Positions 44,235 to 52,920 of a stretch of DNA of 64,000 bases are shown here, in pieces. The notes beneath the pieces are model-generated. The model made no database searches. It had not been told where the DNA came from and saw nothing but the letters and a program-made list of their open reading frames with translations. The stretch spans positions 3,562 through 67,561 of the forward strand of contig JBQTHP010000099.1 in assembly GCA_052389755.1 (NCBI GenBank), given 5' to 3'. The stretch comes from Gammaproteobacteria bacterium. Lineage in GTDB: Bacteria; Pseudomonadota; Gammaproteobacteria; Steroidobacterales; Steroidobacteraceae. Each line of letters begins with the position of its first letter. The stretch's first letter is position 1. Made by a program: the position numbers and the translations under genes.

Positions 44235-45730
44235 CGATGGTTGCGTGCGAGCACCTTCACTGCGTCGCGCGTTGTGTGTGCTGAAGGGACGCCCGAAAGC
44301 GGAGCGCCGGTGACCACGTCCCACGTCTCGCCCAGTACTCTTAGCATGAGGCCCGTAGCACCCCACAACCGGTCAGGATGTGGCGGAATCCAGATGCGGT
44401 TGGGCTGCTGAACTGCGTCGAAGGCGTCCGCGACTTCCGTTGCCATATACGCGATCGGCGTGCAGTTGAACTCGGGCACCATGTAAAGATCATAGGAAAC
44501 TCTGCCAATGTTTGGCGTGTATACGTCACGCAGCATTGCGAGCAGTGCGGTACGCTGCCGTTCGGAAAGCAGAGCCCAGCGCTCGGGACCGATACGCTTG
44601 GCGTACTCGTCCGCGTAATACCTCGCGACCAGCGCCTGAACCTTCGTTGCGAACTCGAAATCACTGCTCAGCCGATACACGGCGGCGCGGCTGAATGTCT
44701 TGAGGTGGTCACGGTACCTCGTGTAGTACTCGATGTCGCGTTCCGGATGACTGTACGGCGCGTCGTACGGCTTCATCGGCGATACACCTTCCAATGCGCT
44801 GAACGATCGCGCGAGAGGGTCAGTCGATGCAGCAGCGTCAGCGAGCTCAGGGAATTCCGCCTTGTACTCGGTGAGTACAAGCAGCAGATCAGACAGAACG
44901 CTGTTCATGTATGGAGAGATCGCGATGTCGTAAGTCGCCTTTTGCAGCGCGTAGCGAAGCTTGACGGCAATGCTTCGGCCCGCGATCCGGTCGAAGAAAG
45001 GACCTTCGATCAGTGCACGGCGCAGCGGACTCTCGACAAACCACGAGGGCAGATGCGCCTGCACGAGGTCACGGAGCATTTCTCCGTTGATTTCGGAGAA
45101 GAACGGCGTCGGGCCCGCCGGTGCTTCGCCGTAGAAACTGTCGAGGTATGCCCAGTGCAGCAGGAGTATCGGGCTGACACCGTAGCGTGTCGCGTGCTCG
45201 TCGATTACAGCACCAATGGAGACTCGGTCGAAGACGCTTGGCCGGTTGATCGCTATTCGGGCGAACATCAGCGCAAGACGCTCTTCGTCCGCTTGCGGAA
45301 ACCTTCGCTTGAATGCGGTGAGACTTCCGTCCGCACGGGATCGCCCTATCGCGGTTGCGACGGCGGCAAGCTCGTCGTCCTCGCTGATCAGCGCGTTCGC
45401 AAGGCGGACCGTAAGGGGCTCTTCCAAGAACGTCCATTCCGCCAGCCAGGCCACACCGATGCCCCAGATGACCAAGATGATCCATACCGTAGCGGAAGGT
45501 AGACGCGGTCTTTGCGCAATTGACGCTACGCGCCACATGGCGACGCTTAGCAGCGCAAGACCGGCGGTCAGGAAGGCGAGGAATGAAACCCCGCCAACTC
45601 CTGCCAGCTGCAAGAGCGGAGTCCACTCGAAGTCGCGCACGTCAAGCAGCACGGCACCGATGGAAACCAGAGCCGCTATGGCCGCAAGACCCAACGCGCC
45701 GCACAGGATCCGCTTCAGAATCGTTCGCAT
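44231..45730 (-). CDS. membrane protein of unknown function (about 4 N-terminal TM segments plus a large soluble domain)
   Basis: 499-aa ORF translationally coupled to the GT2-GtrA gene. Coding-like composition; no recognisable motif. Confidence 0.65.
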   Translation of the reverse strand: MRTILKRILCGALGLAAIAALVSIGAVLLDVRDFEWTPLLQLAGVGGVSFLAFLTAGLALLSVAMWRVASIAQRPRLPSATVWIILVIWGIGVAWLAEWTFLEEPLTVRLANALISEDDELAAVATAIGRSRADGSLTAFKRRFPQADEERLALMFARIAINRPSVFDRVSIGAVIDEHATRYGVSPILLLHWAYLDSFYGEAPAGPTPFFSEINGEMLRDLVQAHLPSWFVESPLRRALIEGPFFDRIAGRSIAVKLRYALQKATYDIAISPYMNSVLSDLLLVLTEYKAEFPELADAAASTDPLARSFSALEGVSPMKPYDAPYSHPERDIEYYTRYRDHLKTFSRAAVYRLSSDFEFATKVQALVARYYADEYAKRIGPERWALLSERQRTALLAMLRDVYTPNIGRVSYDLYMVPEFNCTPIAYMATEVADAFDAVQQPNRIWIPPHPDRLWGATGLMLRVLGETWDVVTGAPLSGVPSAHTTRDAVKVLARNHR

Positions 45731-45817
45731 CGTTCCTTATTCTTCCGGACCTGTCCGGTCCCGGATCTGCGTGTTCGGTGCCGTGTGCCAGAATGCGCCC
45801 GGGGCTAGTGAGTCGAG

Positions 45818-47182
45818 GTGTCCCGCGTGAGTTTCACCAGCGTCCTGTTTCTGCTGGGGTTCATGGCAGGCCTTGGCCTCGCGTTCGTCAAACATCCCAT
45901 CTTCGGACTCATCACTTATGTAGGCGTGTTCTATCTTCACCCGCCCGCCAGATGGTGGGGTTACGCACTTCCGGATCTGCGATGGTCTTTGTTAGCTGCC
46001 GCAATCACATTGCTCGCAGTGTTCGTCGCGCGAAAGAAGCCGGGTCCGCAGCGTTCACGGGAATCCGTGATCATCGGTCTGCTCGTGTTCGTCATGTGGC
46101 TCGGCATTCAGACGCCGTGGGCCCTCAGTCGCGACCTTCACCTGGAACTGCTCACACTGATGGCGAAATACGCGCTGCTGTTGGTGCTCATGCACAAATG
46201 CATCGACTCGGAGCAGCACCTGAAAGTCTTTGTCTGGAGCCACGTCGCTGGTACCTGCTTTCTCGGATGGATTACCTTCACGGAGTACCTGGGTGGTCGG
46301 TTCGAGGGGTTCGGTGCGCCGAACATCGATGAGGCGAACGCAGGTGCTTTGCAGATCGTTACCGGCATATTCGCCGCATCCGGGCTGTTGCTGGCAGGCA
46401 AGCTTACCGAGCGCGCATTCCTGTTGGGCTCCATTCCGCTTATCGTAAATGCATTCGTTGCGACCATGAGTCGCAGTGGGTTTTTGGCGGCCGCGTTCGG
46501 TGGATTCGTCTTCAATCTGTTCACACCGAGCCGCTTCCGTCGGCGCGTTCGCGTCCTGTCGATCCTTGCACTGGTGCTGTTCGCGCTGCTAACCAACCCG
46601 ATCTATTGGATGCGCATCGCCTCCTTGAAGCAGCTCGGCGAAGAAGTGGAGGGCGTCGATACCGGTGCTGGCCGAATCGTGCTTCTAACGGCGCAATGGC
46701 ACATGTTCGGGCAGCATCCGCTCGGGTGTGGACATCGCTGCACGGCGGTCCTGAGTCCGGCGTTTCTCGACGACAAGCATCTGACTGGGATCGGCGAAAA
46801 CCGGGCACGATCATCTCACAGTACTCCCATGAGCATGCTCGTCGAGCACGGCTTTCCAGGGGCACTATTTTATGTCCTGCTGATTGGTTGGACGTCGAAA
46901 GCCCTGCTGAAGGTCCGTCGCGAACATGCAGGCGCCTCGGGATTGGTGGCATCTTTGATCCCGGCCGTCGCCGCAGCGCTCGGCGCCATCACGATCAGCG
47001 ATCTTTTCGTAGACAATATTCGGCTCGAAGTCAGATTCTGGTTCATAGGAATTCTGTTGGCGCTGATGCGAATGCCTGTCATGCACGCCCAACCGGCAGC
47101 CGAAAGCAGTCGGGCGGTGGGCTTCAGACGAACACCTCTGCCGGCGCGGGATGACTCAGAAAGCCGAGCGGGCTCGCCGTAA
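45818..47182 (+). CDS. O-antigen ligase-like (Wzy_C) membrane protein, exosortase A system-associated putative O-glycosylation ligase
   Basis: Polytopic. FVKHPIFGLITYVGVFYLHPP N-terminus, the central loop MSRSGFLAAAFG and HSTPMSMLVEHGFPG resemble TIGR03097-type proteins. GTG start at 45818 (or 45827). Confidence 0.75.
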   Translation: MSRVSFTSVLFLLGFMAGLGLAFVKHPIFGLITYVGVFYLHPPARWWGYALPDLRWSLLAAAITLLAVFVARKKPGPQRSRESVIIGLLVFVMWLGIQTPWALSRDLHLELLTLMAKYALLLVLMHKCIDSEQHLKVFVWSHVAGTCFLGWITFTEYLGGRFEGFGAPNIDEANAGALQIVTGIFAASGLLLAGKLTERAFLLGSIPLIVNAFVATMSRSGFLAAAFGGFVFNLFTPSRFRRRVRVLSILALVLFALLTNPIYWMRIASLKQLGEEVEGVDTGAGRIVLLTAQWHMFGQHPLGCGHRCTAVLSPAFLDDKHLTGIGENRARSSHSTPMSMLVEHGFPGALFYVLLIGWTSKALLKVRREHAGASGLVASLIPAVAAALGAITISDLFVDNIRLEVRFWFIGILLALMRMPVMHAQPAAESSRAVGFRRTPLPARDDSESRAGSP

Positions 47183-48362
47183 GCCCATAGGCGCCGCTCT
47201 GCAGGATCACGATGAGATCGTCGACCTCTGCGCTCGCGAGCTCGACGCGATCCGCGAGTAGATCGAGCGGCGTGCACAACGGTCCCACCACGGACGCGAT
47301 CTCACGTCTGGTTCCCCGCACGCGATTGCCGACGATCACAGGGTAGTTCTTGCGGATGACCTGACCGAAGTTTCCCGAGGCAGCGAGGTGATGGTGCAGG
47401 CCGCCGTCAGTTATCAGAAAGACCTGACCACGAGACACCTTACGGTCGATCACGCGACATACAAAGATGCCGGCCTCACCGACAAGATAACGCCCGAGCT
47501 CCAGTACCAGGGTCGCCTCAGGAAGCTGCATCCGCAGCGCCTCGATCATGCCGGTGAGGTTCGCCGCGATGGGCGCAATGTCGAGCGGTTTTTCACCAGG
47601 GAAGTACGGGATCCCGAAGCCGCCGCCGACGTTGAGAATTCTCACGGGTGCAGGTGCTACGCGCGCGAGGCTCAGTGCGAGTGCCAGAGAGTTCTGCTGG
47701 GCTTCGATGATAGCCTCGGCGCGCAGATTCTGTGAGCCACTGAAGATGTGAAAGCCGATGAACTGCAGCGGCAAACCGGCTATATGTCTGAGCAAGTCCG
47801 GCACGCACTCGGCATCCACACCGAACTGCTTCGGGCCGCCGCCCATCTTCATACCGGATGCCTTCAGCTCGAAGTCGGGATTCACGCGAACCGCTACCCG
47901 CGGGCGGGTACCCGACTGCGCCGCCAACTCGCCAAGGCGCTGCAGTTCGAGCTCCGATTCCACGTTGAGCACGATGCCCGCCGCGACCGCTGCCGCCAGC
48001 TCCGCGGGCGTCTTGCCCGGCCCCGCGAAGCTGATGCGTTCGGCGGGAACGCCGGCATCGAGCGCCACCTGCATTTCGCGGGCGGAAGCAACGTCCACAC
48101 CATCTACGAGCCGACCCAGATACCTGACCACGTCCGGCATGGGGTTGGCTTTCATGGCGTAATGAAGATGTACCGCGGTGGGAAGCATGCGCCGCAGCTG
48201 CGCCACACGATCCGCAAGATGCTGCCGCGCGTATGCGTAGAAGGGCGTTCGTCCGGCCTCGCTCGCGACATCGAGGAGCGATCGTCCGCCGATCGTGAGG
48301 CAGTCGTCGCGTACTCCGAAGAACGGATGTGGAGCATGCTGCGGCAGCGAGTCGAGGCTCAA
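47124..48362 (-). CDS. pyridoxal-dependent decarboxylase (Orn/DAP/Arg decarboxylase fold), exosortase A system-associated
   Basis: FYAYARQHL...HYAMKANP (PLP Lys), GGGFGIPY and SGAYG motifs. It overlaps the upstream ligase gene by 4 nt. Confidence 0.85.
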   Translation of the reverse strand: MSLDSLPQHAPHPFFGVRDDCLTIGGRSLLDVASEAGRTPFYAYARQHLADRVAQLRRMLPTAVHLHYAMKANPMPDVVRYLGRLVDGVDVASAREMQVALDAGVPAERISFAGPGKTPAELAAAVAAGIVLNVESELELQRLGELAAQSGTRPRVAVRVNPDFELKASGMKMGGGPKQFGVDAECVPDLLRHIAGLPLQFIGFHIFSGSQNLRAEAIIEAQQNSLALALSLARVAPAPVRILNVGGGFGIPYFPGEKPLDIAPIAANLTGMIEALRMQLPEATLVLELGRYLVGEAGIFVCRVIDRKVSRGQVFLITDGGLHHHLAASGNFGQVIRKNYPVIVGNRVRGTRREIASVVGPLCTPLDLLADRVELASAEVDDLIVILQSGAYGLTASPLGFLSHPAPAEVFV

Positions 48363-49948
48363 GCGACACCCTCCGCGTACAGAGCTCTGAGCTCTTCCGC
48401 CAACTTCGTGCGATCGTATTTTCCGTTGGGGTTGCGCGGAAGCTCATCCCGCCACTCGACGTGATGCGGCACCATGAATGCCGGGAGCTGCCGTCGGCAC
48501 GCGGCGAGTAGCTCATCCTTGTCGACGGTGGCGCCGCGCACCGGCGTCGCGACGATTACTATCGCCTGGCCGAGCGCGGGATGAGGAACACCGACTGCCG
48601 CGACATCCGCCACCAGCCCGGTATCAAAGACGATCTCTTCGACTTCTGTGGGACTGACGCGATAGCCGGATGTCTTGATCATCTCGTCGCGTCGACCGAT
48701 GAAGTACAGGTAACCTTCCGCGTCCATCCGCACGGTGTCCCCCGACCATACCGCCATTTCCTTCAGCACGAGATTCGGGTCCTGCCCCGGCACGGGCTTG
48801 AAGCGCTCAGCGGTCTTCTCCAGATCGTTCCAGTAACCGAGCGCGACGAGCGAGCCGCGGTGGACGAGCTCGCCCGGTTCGTTCGGTCCGCAGCGGGTGC
48901 CGTCCGGCCGTACCACGATGATCTCGGCGCTCGGAATCGCCTTGCCGATCGAATCCGGTCGTCGGTCGACCTCCGAGGGGGGCAGGTACGTCGACCGGAA
49001 CGCCTCGGTGAGGCCGTACATCAGAAACACCTGCGTGTCCGGCAGTGTGCTGCGCAGTTTCTGCAGCGTGGCACGAGGCATCGCGCCCCCGGAATTCGTG
49101 ATGTAGCGCAGACGTCGCGCGACTTCCGTCGGCCATTCGACGTTGACCAGCTGTGCCCAAAGCGACGGCACACCGGCGAGGCCCGTTACGTGTTCTCGGC
49201 TTGCGATCGTGAGCACGTCCCTGGCAAAGAGGTAGTCCATGAGAACCACGCTGGCGCCGACGTGGAAGGCCGTCGAGAGCTGGCTGAAACCGTAGTCGAA
49301 ACTGAGGGGCAGGGCGGCGAGCAGCCGATCCTGCGGCACGTTGCCGAGGTAGCGCGCGACACTGTGTGCGCCAGTAACCATGTTCTTGTGAGAGAGCACC
49401 ACCCCCTTCGGTTTGCCTGTGCTCCCCGAGGTGTAGAAGATCGCGACGACATCGGCATCGATGACCCGATGCATCTGCCGCGCATCCGCGGCCCGAAGCA
49501 GGGAGTCCCAGGCATGCACCGCGAGTCGATCCGGTCGCGGACGCGGCGAGAAGTTGTCCGTCACTATGAGATGCTGCAAGTCGGGACAGTGGGGCAGCAC
49601 CTCGCCGAGGTCTTGCGCGCGCTCCGGTGAAGTCACGAGAACCCGCACGTTGCAGTCGCGCAGGACGTACCCCACCTGTACTGGCTTGAGCAGTGGATTC
49701 ACTGGTACGAACACGCAGCCGGCGCGCGCCGTGCCGAAGATGGCGACCACGGCTTCCGGCTGCTTCGGCAGGTAGATCGCCACGCGTTCCAGCCGGCCAA
49801 GCCCAAGCTGCATGAGCGCCGTGCCGAAACGCTCGATGCCCAAGCCGAGCGTGCCGTAGTCGAGCGTTTTCCCTTTGAACACCAGGCTCGGCGCGTGGGA
49901 TGCACGTTCGGCCGAACGTAACGGAAGTTCGAACAGCAGTTCACTCAT
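48359..49948 (-). CDS. acyl-CoA ligase (AMP-forming), exosortase A system-associated
   Basis: AMP-binding signature IFYTSGSTGKPKGVVLSH, YGLTE, SGDTVRMDAEGYLYFIGRRDEMIKTSGYRVSPTEVE and PRNPNGKYDR. Confidence 0.88.
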   Translation of the reverse strand: MSELLFELPLRSAERASHAPSLVFKGKTLDYGTLGLGIERFGTALMQLGLGRLERVAIYLPKQPEAVVAIFGTARAGCVFVPVNPLLKPVQVGYVLRDCNVRVLVTSPERAQDLGEVLPHCPDLQHLIVTDNFSPRPRPDRLAVHAWDSLLRAADARQMHRVIDADVVAIFYTSGSTGKPKGVVLSHKNMVTGAHSVARYLGNVPQDRLLAALPLSFDYGFSQLSTAFHVGASVVLMDYLFARDVLTIASREHVTGLAGVPSLWAQLVNVEWPTEVARRLRYITNSGGAMPRATLQKLRSTLPDTQVFLMYGLTEAFRSTYLPPSEVDRRPDSIGKAIPSAEIIVVRPDGTRCGPNEPGELVHRGSLVALGYWNDLEKTAERFKPVPGQDPNLVLKEMAVWSGDTVRMDAEGYLYFIGRRDEMIKTSGYRVSPTEVEEIVFDTGLVADVAAVGVPHPALGQAIVIVATPVRGATVDKDELLAACRRQLPAFMVPHHVEWRDELPRNPNGKYDRTKLAEELRALYAEGVA

Positions 49949-50209
49949 GCGTGGAATCCAACCCGGTGCGGTCGCGCGGATGCGCTTGTCATTGGCGGAA
50001 ATAGTATCAAGCGGATCGTGCAGTGTGCGGCCACGGCTCGTGCCTCGAAGGCGCTAAAAATGCCCGGATATGTTCAAATCGGCCGATGTGCCCGGGCAGC
50101 CGCCCTAGCGTAAAGATTCGCACGCAGGTGATTGAAATGAATATCATGTTATCTAGTCAGATACGATATTTCGGGATTCGAGATCTCGATTTCCGACCGG
50201 AGAGTAACG

Positions 50210-51580
50210 ATGAAACCGGGAACGAACAGCGGCTCCGTCCGCAACATGGCGATATACAACGTATTGCAGGTGCGCGAGGCCGAGCAACGACCCATCCGCG
50301 TCGGAGTGATCGGCGCCGGCGCGACCGCTCGCGCGATCGCCCTGCAGCTGGGAACTCCGGTCCCTGGCATACGCCTCGCCGGAATCGCGAATCGCACTCC
50401 TGAGCACGGCGAGCGCGCCTTCCGGGAGGCCGGCATCGCAAACTGGGAGGCCGCGGAAACCGCGCGGGACGCCGACGCGAAGATCACGCGCGGCGTGCCG
50501 GTGTTGTCCGACGATCCCGCGGTGCTCACGCGCTGTAATGCGATCGACATCATCGTAGAAGTGACCGGGAGCGTCGATTTCGGCGCCAGCGTGGCTCTCG
50601 ACGCGTTCGCGCACGCAAAGCCCGTGGTTCTCGTCAATGCAGAACTGGATTCGCTGATCGGGCCGATACTCAAGGCCAAGGCGGACGAGGCGGGCGTCGT
50701 CCTCACTCACACGGACGGCGACGAACCCGGCGTCGCGATGACGCTGTTCCGGTATGTCCAGTCCGTGGGATTGCGTCCGGTCGCCGCCGGCAACATCAAA
50801 GGAATGGTGGACCACTATCGAACACCCGATACACAGCGCGCGTTCGCGGCGAAGCACGACCAGGACGTGCGGAAGGTCACCTCGTTTGCGGATGCGACGA
50901 AGTTGTCGATGGAAACGACCGTGCTCGCCAACGCCACTGGCTTCGGAGTTGCGCGCCGTGGAATGTGCGGGCCCGCCTGCGGATACGTGAGAGATCTCGC
51001 GAAACTGCTGCCCGCAGAGCCCATGCTGAGCGGCGGGATCGTCGACTACTCGGTGGGCGCGGCACCTCACACCGGCGGTTTCGTCGTCGTGCACGAGGAG
51101 AATCCGTACAAGCAGACCCAACTCGCGTACTACAAGCTGGGCGATGGTCCGTTCTACGTGTTCTACACGCCCTTCCACCTGCCTCACATTCAGTTGCCAT
51201 CCACGATCGGACGGGCTGTCATTCACGGCGATCCGACCGTGACACCGCTCGCCGGACCCTCGTGCGAAGTCGTAACGGTTGCCAAGCGGCCCCTCGGCTC
51301 GGGCGAACGTCTCGACGGCGTCGGCGGATTCTGCAGCTACGGGTTGATCGACAATCGAAGTGCGGCACGCGCAGCCAACGCGCTGCCGATAGCACTTTCG
51401 GAGGATTGCGTTCTGCTCAGGGACCTCGCCAAGGACGAAATCGTCAGCTTCGACGACGTGAGACTTCCGCCCACGCGCCTGAGTGACGAGCTATGGCTCG
51501 AACAGCAACGCCGCTGGCCGCTCGCGGGCAGGCAGCAGTCGACTCCCGGGATGCGCCCCCGTCGCGTCGCCGGTGCATGA
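50210..51580 (+). CDS. NAD(P)-binding oxidoreductase with C-terminal SAF-like domain (COG4091-type)
   Basis: GGAGAG lies 5 nt before the ATG at 50210. Rossmann motif VGVIGAGATARAIA; central GDEPG block; C-terminal VVTVAKRPLGSGERLDGVGG resembles a SAF domain. Confidence 0.65.
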   Translation: MKPGTNSGSVRNMAIYNVLQVREAEQRPIRVGVIGAGATARAIALQLGTPVPGIRLAGIANRTPEHGERAFREAGIANWEAAETARDADAKITRGVPVLSDDPAVLTRCNAIDIIVEVTGSVDFGASVALDAFAHAKPVVLVNAELDSLIGPILKAKADEAGVVLTHTDGDEPGVAMTLFRYVQSVGLRPVAAGNIKGMVDHYRTPDTQRAFAAKHDQDVRKVTSFADATKLSMETTVLANATGFGVARRGMCGPACGYVRDLAKLLPAEPMLSGGIVDYSVGAAPHTGGFVVVHEENPYKQTQLAYYKLGDGPFYVFYTPFHLPHIQLPSTIGRAVIHGDPTVTPLAGPSCEVVTVAKRPLGSGERLDGVGGFCSYGLIDNRSAARAANALPIALSEDCVLLRDLAKDEIVSFDDVRLPPTRLSDELWLEQQRRWPLAGRQQSTPGMRPRRVAGA

Positions 51581-51597
51581 TCTAGAGACCTTCTTCA

Positions 51598-52908
51598 ATG
51601 ACGAAGATCGTTGTGCTCGGTACCGGCATGGCCGGCTTCGGCGCGAGTCAGTTTCTTTCCGCAGAGGGAATCCGGCCGGTCGTATACGACAAGAATTCCT
51701 ACCACGGGGGACACACGGCTTCGTTCCGCGACGGTAGTGGCTTTCTGTTCGATCAAGGGCCCCATATCTCGTTCACGAAGGACCCGCGCATCCAGAACCT
51801 TTTCGCGGGCTACATCGACGGGAAGCACGAATCCGTTCAGATCAATCTCGACAACTACTGGCGTGGCCTCAAGCTGACGCACCCTGTACAGCTGCATCTG
51901 CACGGACTGCCGACCGACCTGGTCGTGGAGATCATCGCCGACTTCGTGAAGGAGCAGCACGCTCCCGAGCGGCCCATCGCGAACTACGAGGATTGGCTGA
52001 TAGCAAGTTACGGGAAAAAGTTCGCCGAAGTGTTCCCGATGACGTACACGCGCAAGTACCACCTGACCTCAGCCAGCAACATGAGCACGGACTGGCTCGG
52101 TCCGCGCATGTACCGCCCGAATCTCGAGGAGATGCTTCGCGGGGCGCTCGCACCGTGGACGCCGGATCTGCACTACATCACGCATTTTCGTTATCCGAGC
52201 AACGGGGGTTTCGGCTCGTACCTGCGGGATTTCCCCGGTGTCGCAGACCTCAGGCTGAGCCACGAGCTCGTGCGGATCGATCCCGCTGAGAGAGAGCTCC
52301 GGTTCTCGAACGGCGTTGCGACTGATTACGACGGCCTGGTCTCGTCGATCGCGCTGCCGGATCTCGTGCCGATGATCGCGGGCGCACCGCAGGACGTCAT
52401 TGAGGCGGCGAGCCGGCTCGCATGCTCGACGTGCGTTCTGGTCAATGTTGGCGTCGACCGCTCGGATCTGTCGAATGCGCAGATGACCTACTTTTACGAC
52501 GAGAATATCTGTTTCACGCGCATCAGCTTCCCGCACATGCTGTCTGCCAGCAACGTGCCTTCAGGGTGCGGAAGCATCCAGGCGGAGGTGTATTTCTCCA
52601 GGAAGTATCGGCCTCTCAGCCAGCCGCCCGAAAGCCTGATCGACCAGGTGATCGCGGATCTGCGCAGCAGCGGGACCATTCGGGAAAGCGACGGGATCCT
52701 GTCGCGTCATGCCAGAGTGGTGCAGTACGCGAACGTGATATTCGACCTCGACCGCGCCGCGGCTCTGAAGACCGTACATGGTTATCTCGATGAGATCGGA
52801 ATCGCGTATTGCGGCAGGTACGGCGACTGGGGATACATGTGGACCGATGAAAGCTTCAAGAGCGGGGAGCGGGCCGCCCAGACGGCACTGTCACAGTGCT
52901 GCGTTTGA
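51598..52908 (+). CDS. FAD-dependent oxidoreductase (amine oxidase / protoporphyrinogen oxidase-like fold)
   Basis: N-terminal dinucleotide motif KIVVLGTGMAGFGA...VYDKNSYHGGH and C-terminal GRYGDWGYMWTDES. Confidence 0.7.
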   Translation: MTKIVVLGTGMAGFGASQFLSAEGIRPVVYDKNSYHGGHTASFRDGSGFLFDQGPHISFTKDPRIQNLFAGYIDGKHESVQINLDNYWRGLKLTHPVQLHLHGLPTDLVVEIIADFVKEQHAPERPIANYEDWLIASYGKKFAEVFPMTYTRKYHLTSASNMSTDWLGPRMYRPNLEEMLRGALAPWTPDLHYITHFRYPSNGGFGSYLRDFPGVADLRLSHELVRIDPAERELRFSNGVATDYDGLVSSIALPDLVPMIAGAPQDVIEAASRLACSTCVLVNVGVDRSDLSNAQMTYFYDENICFTRISFPHMLSASNVPSGCGSIQAEVYFSRKYRPLSQPPESLIDQVIADLRSSGTIRESDGILSRHARVVQYANVIFDLDRAAALKTVHGYLDEIGIAYCGRYGDWGYMWTDESFKSGERAAQTALSQCCV

Positions 52909-52920
52909 CGGCCGCACGAT

